A stretch of 64,000 nt of DNA from Alphaproteobacteria bacterium (GCA_965243135.1 OZ251539.1:4000001-4064000), one strand, 5' to 3'. Positions 21,771 through 32,737 are shown, counted from the stretch's first letter. Numbers and translations: made by a program. Notes: generated by a model from the letters alone, not told the origin.

Positions 21771-22772
21771 CTATTGTTCGTCCTGCCGATCCGCGCTGAA
21801 GGCGCCGACGAGACTGCCTGTCGCTCCGTCGGCGCCCGTCGCCGCGCCGAACGTGCCGGCGACGGAGGAGGGAGCGCCGGTCCCGCCGCCGAAGAACTGG
21901 CCGCCCCATCGGCCGTCATAAGTTCGACCATCGAAACTCATGCTGGTAGAGCCAGTGAAAAATCCGCCTTCCGCACTCCCGATTTCCGTCGAATTCAGAG
22001 TCAAGGTTGCGTCGAGACGGCTGGACGACGTAACGACGTTGCTGACCTCTCCGGAAATCGATCCCAAGTCGGTCTCGTCCCCGAAATCCGCCGTCAGAGA
22101 GACGTCGGCGCCGAAGGGCCCCGCTTCGCCTCCGCCAGGGTCGTCGGCGTAATACACGCCAAACGCTCGTCCGCCATAGGTCGCGCTATCCGTCAAAGCC
22201 GCCAGATTTTCCTGGGGAAAGGGATTGCCGCCGTCCGCAAACGCTCCGAATTCGTAGTCTTCGATCTCCTCGCTGTTCGGGACAAAAGCCCATACGCCGG
22301 CGGCCAGCCAATCCGTGGTCCCCTCTGCGGGCTCTCGCGCGAAGGCGACGACGATCCTTTGCCCGCCCGTCTCCTGACTGACCAGTCCGATGCCGCCTTC
22401 AGGCACGTCGTTCGATCGCTGGGCGCTGGCGGAAGCGACTGTCCAGCCCGCCGTCCCGTCGGCATCCTGCGTAATCGTAAAATCGTTCTCATTGAACGCG
22501 ACGCTGACATGATCGACGGTCACATTGTCGCTATCGACATTCGAGGATTGCGTGACGCTGCCAAGCCTCGGAACGCTCCTTGCGGCAACGACGGCCGTCG
22601 CCGGCCTGCTGTCGGCAACCACTTGGGTCAGCGAGCGCGACGCCGACGGCGGCTGCGGCATTGTCGATGGCTGCGGCCCCGCCGCAGGCGTCCCGGAGCC
22701 GGAGGAACCGCCGCAACCGACAAGCGGCAGCGCGAGCGCCAAGAACGCCAAGCTCGTAGCTCTGAAGACCAT
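21771..22772 (-). CDS. Surface lipoprotein with TbpB-like C-terminal beta-barrel (likely Slam substrate)
   Basis: Lipobox LPLVG-C followed by a G/S/P linker; ATYGGRAFG, LTADFG, GRWGGQFFG, VAGTFGA, LVGAF. Confidence 0.82.
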   Translation of the reverse strand: MVFRATSLAFLALALPLVGCGGSSGSGTPAAGPQPSTMPQPPSASRSLTQVVADSRPATAVVAARSVPRLGSVTQSSNVDSDNVTVDHVSVAFNENDFTITQDADGTAGWTVASASAQRSNDVPEGGIGLVSQETGGQRIVVAFAREPAEGTTDWLAAGVWAFVPNSEEIEDYEFGAFADGGNPFPQENLAALTDSATYGGRAFGVYYADDPGGGEAGPFGADVSLTADFGDETDLGSISGEVSNVVTSSSRLDATLTLNSTEIGSAEGGFFTGSTSMSFDGRTYDGRWGGQFFGGGTGAPSSVAGTFGAATGADGATGSLVGAFSADRQDEQ

Positions 22773-23964
22773 GATTCGTACTCCCCTCGTTGAACGGATC
22801 GAACATATATAAGGACGTTACCTAAATCGTCAATGTTTTTTCGAGCGACGCTTCGTCCGTTTTCGGCTTCGTCGCCGCAAGGATTGGCGCCCGCGCCGCC
22901 GAGCAGGCGCCGTCTCCTGAATCGATAGTCTCGCGAGATAAACGCCCGCCCGGACGCCTGGAGGCTCGCTCGCCAACGCCGCCGTCTCTCCGGCGCGACC
23001 CTCGGGAGAGCCGAATTTTGCAGGCGGGCACGGTTCCGCGATCCTGCACCGGCCTTCCCCGGCGGCAAAGAAGCGACCCGGGCTGCCCCGCCACGAGCGC
23101 GACGAACTCGGCGTCCGGCCGGGGCAACCTCGCAAGGAGCCGGTTTTCTCGCCACGCTCCGCCGGTCGCTTGCGTTTCGTCCTGCAGGGCATCGTCGAGG
23201 TCGCCGACGCGGCGGCGCGCCTCGCGACCGGAAATCCCCGACCGCCGGAAAGCCGAGCGGGTTTCGTCCGGCTCCGGACGACGCCCTCGCCCGACACGCG
23301 AACCGACGCAACCGCCGGCCGTGGAGAAACGCCCGCCGGCCGCCCGACACGGCAGTTCACGAAGCCTTCGTCCGGAGCGGAAATCGCCGCAACCGACTTT
23401 GCCCTTCTCCTCGACCGGCGGTTCGCTTCCGGAAAATTCGCCGGCAACGGCCGCCTTGAGCGGAGCCGCGACGAACAACAGCCGCCGATAACGCGAGCCG
23501 CGCGCGGCCGACAAAGGCCGTCCGCCGGGCCTCAAGGGTGCAACAGCGGCCGCAGGAACGCTCCGCTCGGCACCGGTTTCGGGACCACGGCGCTCCGCCT
23601 GCAGACGTTGTCGCCGAAGAGCGGGCGGGTTTGCCGGGACCGGTCCAGGAGGCGAAACTCGAGAGGGCGAGAAAATCCATTTCAGCAGGGAAAATTTCCG
23701 CGGAACGGCGGCCTCTCGCCCGTCGTCGGCGCAACGCGAGTTGAGCCATTGCCCCGGGCGCGGCAAACCGCCGTTTTCTCCGCCTCCGCCCGGTCGCCGC
23801 CCCTGCGGCGAACGGCCGCGCCGGGCGAAAGCCCGGCGAAGGGGACGCGCCATGGGCCGGAGAGAAAACGTCGACGCCGGAAAAGAACTCCGGGAAGGAA
23901 GACGCGCGCCGGACGCCCCGTCCGCCGACGGAAGTTGCCGCCGCGCGGCGCGACCGCCCTCTCC

Positions 23965-23993
23965 TTGACGGCTCCGGCATGGCTGCCTACCCT
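23965..23993 (+). promoter_or_regulatory. Sigma70-like promoter 6 nt upstream of the AAA gene ATG (leaderless-type)
   Basis: TTGACG-17nt-TACCCT; same spacing in the other two copies. Confidence 0.6.
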
Positions 23994-23999
23994 CGCCGA

Positions 24000-25535
24000 A
24001 TGGTGAAACGCATGCTTCCGACCGGCATGACCTCTCTCCGCAAAATCCGGACGAGGGATTGCTACTATGTCGACAAGACGGACCATGTGCGCCGTCTCGT
24101 CGAAGGGGGCGATTACTATTTCCTGTCGCGTCCGCGCCGGTTCGGCAAGACCCTCCTGGTGGACACGCTGCAAGAGCTGTTCGAGGGAAACGAGGAGTTG
24201 TTCCGGGGCCTCGCCGTCCACGGCAGGTGGGACTGGTCGGCGCGCCATCCGGTCGTGCGGCTCAGCTTCGGCGGGCGCAATTTCGTCGTCCCGGACCGCG
24301 TTCGAAAAGATGTGGAGGACCAGCTGGGCGAGACGGAGCGGCTGGCCGGCCTCGAACCAGGCGCTGGCGAGGCGGCGGTCCGTTTCCGGCGCCTGATAAG
24401 GACGCTGCACGAGCGCACCGGGCAGCGGGCGGTCGTGCTGGTGGACGAGTACGACAAGCCGATTCTGGACGCGCTCGGCGACCGGGAACTGGCGCTGGCC
24501 AACCGCGGCCTCCTGCGCGATCTGTACGGGGTGCTCAAGGACTGCGACGAGCATCTCCGTTTCGTTTTCCTGACGGGCGTGAGCAAGTTCTCGCATGCGG
24601 GCCTGTTCTCGGGCCTGAACAACCTGATCGACATCACGCTGGAACCGGAGTTCTCGGACATCTGCGGCTGCACGGACGCGGAACTGGACGCGGTCTTCGC
24701 CCCGGAACTCGAGGGCCTGGACCGGGACGAGGTCCGCCGCTGGTACAACGGCTACAACTGGCGCGGGCCGGAGAGGGTCTACAACCCGTTCGGCCTGCTG
24801 CTGCTGTTTCGGCGGCGCGAGTTCCGCCCGTACTGGTTCCAGAGCGGCACGCCGACCTTCCTGGTCGAGACGCTGGCGCGCCGCGACCTGCCCACCCCGG
24901 ATCTGGACGGCATGACCGGCAGCGAGAGCCTGCTTTCGTCCGTCGACGTGGACAATATCTCGATCGAGGCGCTTCTGTTCCAGACCGGCTACCTCACCAT
25001 CGCGGGCGAGGAGGACGGGCGCTACAGGCTGGACTACCCGAACCTCGAGGTGCGCCAGAGCCTGGGAGAGGCCCTGCTGGGAGAACTGCTCCCGGCCGAG
25101 GCGCGCAAGAAGACGGAGCGCCTACAGCTGAGCGAGCTTCTGGAGGCGAACGACTTCGAGCGCCTCGGGACCCTGTTCCGCGGCGTCTTCGCCGCCATCC
25201 CGCACCAGTGGTACGCGAATAGTCCGGTCGCAAAGTACGAGGCCCATTACGCGAGCGTCATCCATAGCTGCTTCCTGATGGAGGGCTTCGAGCCGGTGGC
25301 CGAGGACAGCGGCAGCCTGGGGCGCGCCGACATGGCGATCCGCGCCGGCGGGCGCGTCTACCTGTTCGAGTTCAAGGTGGTGGAGCGCGGGCGGGAGGGG
25401 ATCGCGCTCGCGCAGTTGCGGGAGAAGGGCTACGCGGACAAGTACCGCCATCTCGGGCGTTCGGTGCACCTGATCGGGGTGGAGTTCAGCCGCGAGGAGC
25501 GCAACGTCGTCGGGTTCGATTGCGAGGCCGCCTGA
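24000..25535 (+). CDS. AAA-ATPase-like + PD-(D/E)XK nuclease protein, copy 1
   Basis: YYVDKT, FLSRPRRFGKT (Walker A), VLVDEYDKP (Walker B), GRADM...YLFEFK, QLREKGYADKY. Confidence 0.92.
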   Translation: MVKRMLPTGMTSLRKIRTRDCYYVDKTDHVRRLVEGGDYYFLSRPRRFGKTLLVDTLQELFEGNEELFRGLAVHGRWDWSARHPVVRLSFGGRNFVVPDRVRKDVEDQLGETERLAGLEPGAGEAAVRFRRLIRTLHERTGQRAVVLVDEYDKPILDALGDRELALANRGLLRDLYGVLKDCDEHLRFVFLTGVSKFSHAGLFSGLNNLIDITLEPEFSDICGCTDAELDAVFAPELEGLDRDEVRRWYNGYNWRGPERVYNPFGLLLLFRRREFRPYWFQSGTPTFLVETLARRDLPTPDLDGMTGSESLLSSVDVDNISIEALLFQTGYLTIAGEEDGRYRLDYPNLEVRQSLGEALLGELLPAEARKKTERLQLSELLEANDFERLGTLFRGVFAAIPHQWYANSPVAKYEAHYASVIHSCFLMEGFEPVAEDSGSLGRADMAIRAGGRVYLFEFKVVERGREGIALAQLREKGYADKYRHLGRSVHLIGVEFSREERNVVGFDCEAA

Positions 25536-25557
25536 AGCCGGGAGAGTTCGACGTTCC

Positions 25558-25692
25558 GGGTGCAGATCTATTCTGTAAAATCCTGTTTTGTTCCGGAAAA
25601 AGGATTCCGGTGCCAGGCGACGTCCGGCGCCCGATTTTCATTTGCAGCCTGCGCTTCGGTCATCGCTTGCCATGCGGCACCGAAGCGGCCCG
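25558..25692. mobile_element. Isolated end fragment of an ISKra4-like element related to 1458-1590
   Basis: GGGTGCAGATCTATTCTGTAAAATCCTGTTTTGTTCCGGAAAAAGGATTCC closely matches the IS end at 1458. Confidence 0.75.
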
Positions 25693-25941
25693 CCGCGCCA
25701 ACCTCTTCCGGCGGGCGATACGTCCGCGCGACACGGGTCGGCATGGAAGACTGCCTGCCTCTCCCGTCGCCGCAGAACCGAATCGACCATTCCCGGGCGG
25801 CGCAAGGGCGGAACAGCGGCGTCGCGTCGCGAACGACCCGCGCCCCGCATGGCGAGCGAAGGAGCGCAAGCTGCGGCGGGCATAATCTTGTTTGCAGTCC
25901 GACAGTTGCCCATATTCACACGAGCAAACAGGAGAAACCCG

Positions 25942-27750
25942 ATGACACAAGACCAACGCGCGCGCCGCGCAACGGCGCGCGTTTCCCTTGCGGCCCTCCT
26001 CGTCGCCCTTGCAACGCCGGGATGGGCGCAACTTCGGGAGCTGCCGGCCAGCGCGGCTTACGGCAATTACGCGGTCGGGGCCGCGACCGGCTTCGCCGTC
26101 GACCGACGGCAGCGTTTCGATCCCTGGAACACCGCCTACGCCGGCCCCGAATACCGCGCCATGCTGCGTCGCGTGGAAGCGGCGGGCCAGAGGCGCACCG
26201 TCGTGTTTCAATTGTGGTACCCGGCGGAACCGAACGCTTCCGCAAGACGCCTCGACGGGCCGCGCTCAACCTACCCGGCGGCGAGCGGCCGGCGCGCCAA
26301 CTATTTCGACTTCTTCTTCCAGGACGGCTCCATGGCCCCGCAGCTCGGCGCGGCGGCGCAGGTCGTCCTGCCCCAATACGTGCACCTTCGCGGCGGCGGC
26401 ACCCTCGCCGAGTCCGACGGCTCGGCGTTCGCCGAGATCGGCCAGCGAATCCTCAACGCCCCCCGGGGCGCGTGGCAGGACGCACGGGCCGCCGAAGGCA
26501 GGTTTCCGGTCGTTCTCCTCGCGCACGGCCTCGCCGGAAGCCACGCGATGTGGAGTTCGCTCGGCGAATTTCTCGCCTCGCACGGCTACATCGTCGCGGC
26601 GCCCACCTTCGTTTCGGACGGCGGACTGCCGCTCGCGTTTCACGACGAGGATTCGGCCTTCGCGAAGCAGGCGACGCCGGAAGAGCTGAAGAAGGCTTAC
26701 GAGCTGCTTCTCGGCGAAATCAAGGTGGTTCCCTATTTTTATCGGCTGACGTTCGGACAGGAAGGCCGCGGGTTCGCGCCGCCCGAAGGCTTCGACCCCG
26801 CGACCGCGAAAGTCGTTCCCGGCGGCGTGGAACGCGCCACGGCCATGATGCGCAATCTGTTCCGCCAGCGCGTATCGGACGCGGCGCTGGTGCTGCACGC
26901 CGTCCGCCTGCTCGGCCTCGCCCCCGACGCCTGCAGAACCGCGCTCGTCGCGATAGGATCGACCAGCGCCGCCCGCAATCTTTGCGGCCTGCTGACGGAC
27001 CGCGTCGACGGAGCGCGCGCAGGCGTCGCCGGGCATTCCCTCGGGTCGATGACGGCGCAGCTCGCCGCGAATCACGTTCCCGGCGTACAAGCGGCCATGG
27101 GCCTCAACAACGCGCCGCCCTTCAGCTGGACGCCGGAAGAAATGTTCGGCGCCGGCGAGGCGCGCGACGGCGGCCTGCCCGCAGGCAGCCGCAAGCCCGT
27201 GCTGATCATGATCGGGGACGAAGACGACTTCGTGCAGCGGGTGTTCATCAGTCTGTTCCAGTCGGCGGTCGCGGCGGCGGGAGGCTCGCCTGAAACAGCC
27301 TTTCCGCTGGCGCCCGAGCGCGCAGCGCCGGACCGGATCGAGAATCCCCAGCCGGTCGCGCTCAGCGCCTGGCGGCGCGCCTTGTCAGACCGGATGCTGG
27401 TGATCGTGCGCGATACCGATCACTTCACGATCGCCGAAGACTTCGCGCGTCTGTTTCCCTGGCCGAGGTTCCGGCGCGGCGAACTGCCGTTCGGCCCGAG
27501 TCCCGAGCGAACCCGCAAGCCCACCGGACCTCGCGCTTTCGGGCCGCCCGAGCCCGGAGAGCGCTACACCCAGCTCGGATGGACATCCGCAGGCGACGCC
27601 GGAGACGTGTATCTGCCCCATGTCGTGCGCGACTGGTACGCGAAGAACTGGTTCGACTGGCACCTGAAGGAAGACCGCGAAGCCCGCGCCCGGTTGCGGG
27701 ATCCAGACCCGTTCGGCGCCGTCACCGCGGTGCGGCGAGAACTGCGATAG
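25942..27750 (+). CDS. Secreted alpha/beta hydrolase (PAF-acetylhydrolase/dienelactone-hydrolase-like)
   Basis: Signal peptide; QLWYPA, FPVVLLAHG, LASHGYIVAAP, nucleophile elbow GHSLG; RBS AGGAG. Confidence 0.8.
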   Translation: MTQDQRARRATARVSLAALLVALATPGWAQLRELPASAAYGNYAVGAATGFAVDRRQRFDPWNTAYAGPEYRAMLRRVEAAGQRRTVVFQLWYPAEPNASARRLDGPRSTYPAASGRRANYFDFFFQDGSMAPQLGAAAQVVLPQYVHLRGGGTLAESDGSAFAEIGQRILNAPRGAWQDARAAEGRFPVVLLAHGLAGSHAMWSSLGEFLASHGYIVAAPTFVSDGGLPLAFHDEDSAFAKQATPEELKKAYELLLGEIKVVPYFYRLTFGQEGRGFAPPEGFDPATAKVVPGGVERATAMMRNLFRQRVSDAALVLHAVRLLGLAPDACRTALVAIGSTSAARNLCGLLTDRVDGARAGVAGHSLGSMTAQLAANHVPGVQAAMGLNNAPPFSWTPEEMFGAGEARDGGLPAGSRKPVLIMIGDEDDFVQRVFISLFQSAVAAAGGSPETAFPLAPERAAPDRIENPQPVALSAWRRALSDRMLVIVRDTDHFTIAEDFARLFPWPRFRRGELPFGPSPERTRKPTGPRAFGPPEPGERYTQLGWTSAGDAGDVYLPHVVRDWYAKNWFDWHLKEDREARARLRDPDPFGAVTAVRRELR

Positions 27751-28049
27751 CGCCGAGAACGGCGGCGGGGCGCGCCCCGCCGCCGGCGGCTCAGCCGCCG
27801 CGGAAGATGGAAAGAGCCATGCGCCGCGCGTGCGCCGGCAGATGTTCGTCGTAGCCTTTCCGGTCGGAATACTTGGGCAGCTTCGGTTCGCGTTCCCACT
27901 TCTTCAGGCTTCCGAACACGTTGTCGGCAAGCTGCTTCACCTTCGGCGCCGCTGCCGTCTCGCCGATCTCGCGCCGCCGCCGCCTCGCGGGCAGCGCTTG
28001 GCAATGACCGCGCCATTCTTGAATTCGCCCTGGCGGACACGCCTCCTCC

Positions 28050-28078
28050 TTGACGGTTCCGACGCGGCTGCCTACTCT
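28050..28078 (+). promoter_or_regulatory. Sigma70-like promoter of AAA copy 2
   Basis: TTGACG-17nt-TACTCT-6nt-ATG. Confidence 0.6.
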
Positions 28079-28084
28079 CGCCGA

Positions 28085-29620
28085 ATGGCGAAACGCATGC
28101 TCGGCTTTTCCTCCCTCCGGGAGATCCGGGGGATGGACTGCTACTACGTCGACAAGACGGACCATGCGCGCCGCCTCGTCGAGAGGGGCAAGTACTATTT
28201 CCTGTCGCGTCCGCGCCGGTTCGGCAAGAGCCTGCTGGTGGACACACTGCAGGAGTTGTTCGAAGGAAGCGAGGAGCTGTTCCGGGGCCTCGCCGTGCAC
28301 GGCGGGTGGGACTGGTCGGCGCGCCATCCGGTCGTGCGGCTGGATTTCAGCAGAGGGGGCGATTTCCGCGCCCCGGACGGGGTTCGCGTCTCCGTGGAAA
28401 GGCAACTGGCGGCGGCGGAAAGGCGCGCCGGCCTCGAACCGTGCCTCGTCGAAGCGTCGGTTCGTTTCTGGGAATTGATCGAGGCCCTGCACGAGCGCAC
28501 CGGGCGGCGCGTGGTCGTGCTGGTCGACGAATACGACAAGCCGATCCTGGACGCGCTCGGCGACCGGGAACTGGCACTGGCCAACCGCGACTTCCTGCGC
28601 AGCTTGTACGGGGTGATCAAGGCCTGCGACAGGCAGCTGCGTTTCGTTTTCCTGACGGGGGTGAGCAAATTCTCGCAGGCGGGCCTGTTCTCGGGCCTGA
28701 ACAACCTGATCGACGTCACGCTGGAGCCGGAGTTCTCGGACATCTGCGGCTACACGGACGCGGAACTGGACGCGGTCTTCGCCCCGGAACTCGAGGGCCT
28801 GGATCGGGACGAGATCCGCCGCTGGTACAACGGCTACAACTGGCGAGGCGCGGAGAAACTCTACAACCCGTACGATGTCCTGCTGCTTTTCCGGCGCCGC
28901 GAGTTCGAGGAGCACTGGTTCCGGACCGGCACGCCGACCTTCCTCGCCGACCTTCTGTCGCGGCGCGGGGTCGCGGCACCGGACCTGGAGGGCATGATCG
29001 CGGACGACGAGCTGCTCTCGACCTTCGACGTCGACGACATCTCGACCGAGGCGCTTTTGTTCCAGACCGGCTATCTGACCATCGTCGGCGAGGAGATGGA
29101 CGACGACGTGCGCCTCTACCGGCTGGACTACCCGAACCAGGAGGTGAGGCGCAGCCTGAACGCGCTCCTGCTGGAGGCGATGGCGCCGGACGTCGCGACC
29201 GCGGCGGAGAGCCAGGAGTTGCGCCGCCTGATGCGCGCGAACGACTTCGCGGGCCTCAAGCGGCAGTTCCGGGCATTGCTGGCGAGCATCCCCAACGAGT
29301 GGTACGCGAACACGGGCCTGGCGGGGGCACACTACGCGAGCGTGCTCTATTCGCACTTCGCGGCGGCGGGGATGGACGTCCGCGCGGAGGAGAGCACGGC
29401 ACGCGGCCGCTCGGACCTGACGGTCCTGTACGGCGGCGGCGTCTACCTGTTCGAGTTCAAGGTCGCGGACGGGAAGCCGCAAGGCCGGGCGCTGGCGCAG
29501 ATCCGGGAGCGCGGCTACGCGGACAAGTACCGGCGTCCGGGCGTGCCGGTCCATCTGATCGGGGTGGAGTTCGGCCGCGAAGAGCGCAACATCGTCGGGT
29601 TCGAGTTCGAGACCGCCTGA
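28085..29620 (+). CDS. AAA-ATPase-like + PD-(D/E)XK nuclease protein, copy 2
   Basis: Same motifs as copy 1; C-terminal half closer to copy 3; small in-frame deletions relative to copy 3. Confidence 0.92.
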   Translation: MAKRMLGFSSLREIRGMDCYYVDKTDHARRLVERGKYYFLSRPRRFGKSLLVDTLQELFEGSEELFRGLAVHGGWDWSARHPVVRLDFSRGGDFRAPDGVRVSVERQLAAAERRAGLEPCLVEASVRFWELIEALHERTGRRVVVLVDEYDKPILDALGDRELALANRDFLRSLYGVIKACDRQLRFVFLTGVSKFSQAGLFSGLNNLIDVTLEPEFSDICGYTDAELDAVFAPELEGLDRDEIRRWYNGYNWRGAEKLYNPYDVLLLFRRREFEEHWFRTGTPTFLADLLSRRGVAAPDLEGMIADDELLSTFDVDDISTEALLFQTGYLTIVGEEMDDDVRLYRLDYPNQEVRRSLNALLLEAMAPDVATAAESQELRRLMRANDFAGLKRQFRALLASIPNEWYANTGLAGAHYASVLYSHFAAAGMDVRAEESTARGRSDLTVLYGGGVYLFEFKVADGKPQGRALAQIRERGYADKYRRPGVPVHLIGVEFGREERNIVGFEFETA

Positions 29621-30077
29621 AGCCGGGAGCCATCCCGTTCGGACATTTCGGCGAGCGGCGCCCCCGCGAAAGGCGACGGCCGCCACTGTCGCTTTCCGGA
29701 GCCGGAACCCCGCGGTTCCGGGCACCGCGGCCGGGCGGCGATGCCAGCCATGCACCGCGTCTGGCGGGTCGCGCGCCTGGACGCCGAAATCGGCCTCCGG
29801 CTCGACGCCGCGACCGTGGGCCGTTTGCGGCACCGACAGCCGCTCGCTCACCAACAATCTCCCGCACCGGAGTGCGGGCGGCCGGGGCGCCGCGCAGCGG
29901 CTTTCGGCTTGCGCACCCGAAGGCGCGACGTTCGCACTTGCGCACGGCGACCGTGTCGGGCTGGTCGGCGCGAACGGCGGAACCGGCCGCCGCCTTCGAC
30001 GAAGCGCAAGCCGGGCCCGCGACGCAGGCGGCGGCCTTTCGCGGAGGCGGCTGTCGAAATGTCCGAACGGAAAACCG

Positions 30078-30258
30078 TTCAGGCGGCCTCGCAACCCGAC
30101 GACGTTGCGCTCTTCGCGGCTGAACTCCACCAAGTGGACCGAACGACGCCGGTACTTGTCCGCGTAGCCCATCTCCCGCAGCTGCGCGAGCGCGACCCCC
30201 TCCCGCCCGCGCTCCACCACCTTGAACTCGAACAGGTAGACGCGCCCGCCGGCGGCAA
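30078..30258 (-). pseudogene. 3' fragment of an AAA/PD-(D/E)XK gene (copy 1 type)
   Basis: AGGRVYLFEFKVVERGREGVALAQLREMGYADKY...EFSREERNVVG nearly identical to the copy 1 C-terminus, with deletions. Confidence 0.85.
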
Positions 30259-30327
30259 GGTGGACACAGATCATTTGGTACATGGACCGGACATATCATC
30301 CGTTACTGACAGGCCGGCGTCCGGAGC

Positions 30328-30356
30328 TTGCCGGAAGGCGCGACCGAACCTATACT
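30328..30356 (+). promoter_or_regulatory. Putative dksA promoter
   Basis: TTGCCG-17nt-TATACT. Confidence 0.5.
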
Positions 30357-30388
30357 TCGCGCCCCGTTTGCAGACCCGTTCGGCCCAT

Positions 30389-30805
30389 ATGACCCTGACA
30401 GTCCCGCCCGATTATCGGCCTTCGGAAGACGAACCGTTCATGAACGAGGCCATGCTGGAATATTTCCGGCGCAAACTGGTCTCCTGGCGGGAGGAACTGT
30501 TGCGCGAGACCGACGCGACGCTGCAACAGCTTCAGGGCGAATACGCGAGGGAAGCCGACATTTCGGATCGCGCCTCCGCCGAAACCGGCCGCTCGGTCGA
30601 GTTGCGGGCGCGAAACCGCGCCCGCAAGCTGATCGTCAAGATCGACGCGGCGCTGCGGCGCATCGAGGACGGCACCTACGGCTATTGCGAGGAAACCGGA
30701 GAGGCGATCGGGGTGCGGCGCCTCGAGGCGCGTCCGGTAGCGATGCTCAGCCTCGAAGCGCAGGAACGTCACGAACGGCTGGAAAAGACGCGGCGCGACG
30801 ACTGA
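30389..30805 (+). CDS. dksA: RNA polymerase-binding protein DksA (alphaproteobacterial type)
   Basis: DYRPSEDEPFMN, DISDRA, IEDGTYGYCEETGE, RLEARPVA. Confidence 0.95.
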   Translation: MTLTVPPDYRPSEDEPFMNEAMLEYFRRKLVSWREELLRETDATLQQLQGEYAREADISDRASAETGRSVELRARNRARKLIVKIDAALRRIEDGTYGYCEETGEAIGVRRLEARPVAMLSLEAQERHERLEKTRRDD

Positions 30806-31690
30806 GCAGGCGGGCCGGAGTTCCGTCGACCATGCCGTCGCGACCGCGCCGGCGCCGCCGAAAAGCATGGCTCCGAGGCCGCGAAGCCGTTCTTCGGACG
30901 GCCAACTCCGCGGCGGACGGAACGCAAAACTCAAGAATTGCGGCGATCGTCAATGCAAGCGCACGCAAAGCACCGCAAGCGCCCGCTCGCGACAGCTGGA
31001 TCATTTCTCAAGATAGATTTCCGACTGCGGCGTCCGTTCCTCCTCAACGGCTCGATCAGGAGAAGCCGACCGCGGCGGGTCGGAAATGCGGCGGCGAACG
31101 AACCCTGCGAAATTCGTTCGCGCCGCCGGCTCCCGGAAACGTTTCTGAATCAGGTTGCCGGGGTCGAGTTTCTCCCCGGCCCGCCTCAAGCGCCGCGTTG
31201 CCTTTCTCGGGACAGAGCGACGGAACGGTTCCCTCCGGAAATCGTTGCCGCGTTGGGGTTGCCGTTGCAGGGTCGGTGCTTCACTGCTGCAGTCGGCTCG
31301 ACCGCCGATCCTGACCGTGCGCATGGACGAACAGAACCGGCAGACGGATGACCGGTTCCGACTGATGACCGGCCAGACAGCCACGCATTTCCAGAGTCCG
31401 AGCGGCGCGCGTCAAGGGCAAGCTCTCCCTGATATTTTCCCAGGCCGGAGCCAACCGTCGGCCCAGGCGGCGGAATAGCGCGCCCGGCCGGGCCTCGCGA
31501 AGCCGCCCCGCTCGCGGGCCGGTCCGTTCCTCACGGCAGAGATTCCCGCTTGCCGCGCTTCGGAGCCAGGGAGCAAGGCCCCGAGACTCGCTCTGAGTTC
31601 ACCGCCGTAGCGCAAAGCGGGACGGCACGGACTTCACGCCGTCGCGGCGGAGCGGTCGGCGAAATAATGGCGCAGAACGAACCGTAGGGG

Positions 31691-31719
31691 TTGCGACACG
31701 CGGGACGTTCCAATAGAAT
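31691..31719 (+). promoter_or_regulatory. Putative tRNA promoter
   Basis: TTGCGA-17nt-TAGAAT, 11 nt before the tRNA. Confidence 0.6.
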
Positions 31720-31730
31720 TGCCGACGGTC

Positions 31731-31806
<76 letters not shown>

Positions 31807-31859
31807 GTTTCGCCAAGGGGCCGGCGCGACCCGCGCCGGCCCCGCACGACGCCGAGATC

Positions 31860-32603
31860 GTGAACGGCGCCTCTCGGGGGCGGCCGAACGGCGATCCCGG
31901 GCTTTCGGCCGCGCTGAACGACCTCGTCGCCGCCAACCGGATTCTCGCTCGCGAGGGCGTCGTCGACGGGTTCGGACACGTAAGCGTTCGGCATCCGACG
32001 ATTCCCGACCGTTACCTCTTGGCGCGCTCCCGCAGTCCGGAACTGGTTACGGCCGAGGACATAATGGAATTCACACTCGACGGCGCGGTCGCCGGAAACG
32101 ACGACCGCAAGCCCTACGCGGAACGCCACATTCACGGCGCGATACTGGAAGCCCGCCCCGACGTGAATTCGGTCGTTCACAACCATTCGCACGCGGTCCT
32201 TCCCTTCGCCGTCACCGGCGTTCCGCTGCGCCCGCTGATGCACGTGGCGGGCGTGATCGGCGAGAGCGCGCCGGTGTGGGACATCGCGGACAAGTTCGGC
32301 GAGACCAACCTGCTGGTCACCAACATGGCGCAGGGCAGAGATCTGGCGGCGACGCTGGGCGCCTCTTCGGTCGCGCTAATGCGCGGGCACGGTTGCGCGG
32401 TCGCAGGCGGCGGCGTCAGGGAAGCCGTGCTGACGGCGATCTACACCCAGATCAACGCGACGATCCAGTTGCAGGCAATGGCGCTCGGGGAAGTCAGATT
32501 TCTCAGTTCGGGGGAAGTCGCGCTCACGCCGGAAACGCTTATCGGACCGCTCGCGATGGAACGGGCCTGGGAATACTACGCACGGCGAGCCGGCGCGTTC
32601 TGA
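31860..32603 (+). CDS. Class II aldolase/adducin family protein (possible aromatic-acid decarboxylase)
   Basis: VDGFGHVSVRHP, ERHIHGAI, VVHNHS, LMRGHG; start approximate. Confidence 0.85.
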   Translation: MNGASRGRPNGDPGLSAALNDLVAANRILAREGVVDGFGHVSVRHPTIPDRYLLARSRSPELVTAEDIMEFTLDGAVAGNDDRKPYAERHIHGAILEARPDVNSVVHNHSHAVLPFAVTGVPLRPLMHVAGVIGESAPVWDIADKFGETNLLVTNMAQGRDLAATLGASSVALMRGHGCAVAGGGVREAVLTAIYTQINATIQLQAMALGEVRFLSSGEVALTPETLIGPLAMERAWEYYARRAGAF

Positions 32604-32646
32604 CGCGCGCGGGGAGACATTCTTTCGGGCGCAACGGCGTTCCCGC

Positions 32647-32676
32647 CTTGAAATCGCCAACCTCCGGCATCATATC
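32647..32676 (+). promoter_or_regulatory. RpoH (sigma32)-type promoter of hsp20
   Basis: CTTGAA...TCATATC upstream of a small heat-shock gene. Confidence 0.55.
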
Positions 32677-32737
32677 CGCATTGCCGAACGCCGTTCGCGG
32701 GTTCGGAGCGTGTTCTCGCTCGACGGAGGGGAATGGC

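Noticed and set aside
22822-23960. Coding potential in GC-rich gaps (also 30810-31690, 34790-35800, 59210-60040)
   Set aside because: The ORFs are R/A/P/G-rich with no recognisable motifs or RBS; left unannotated.
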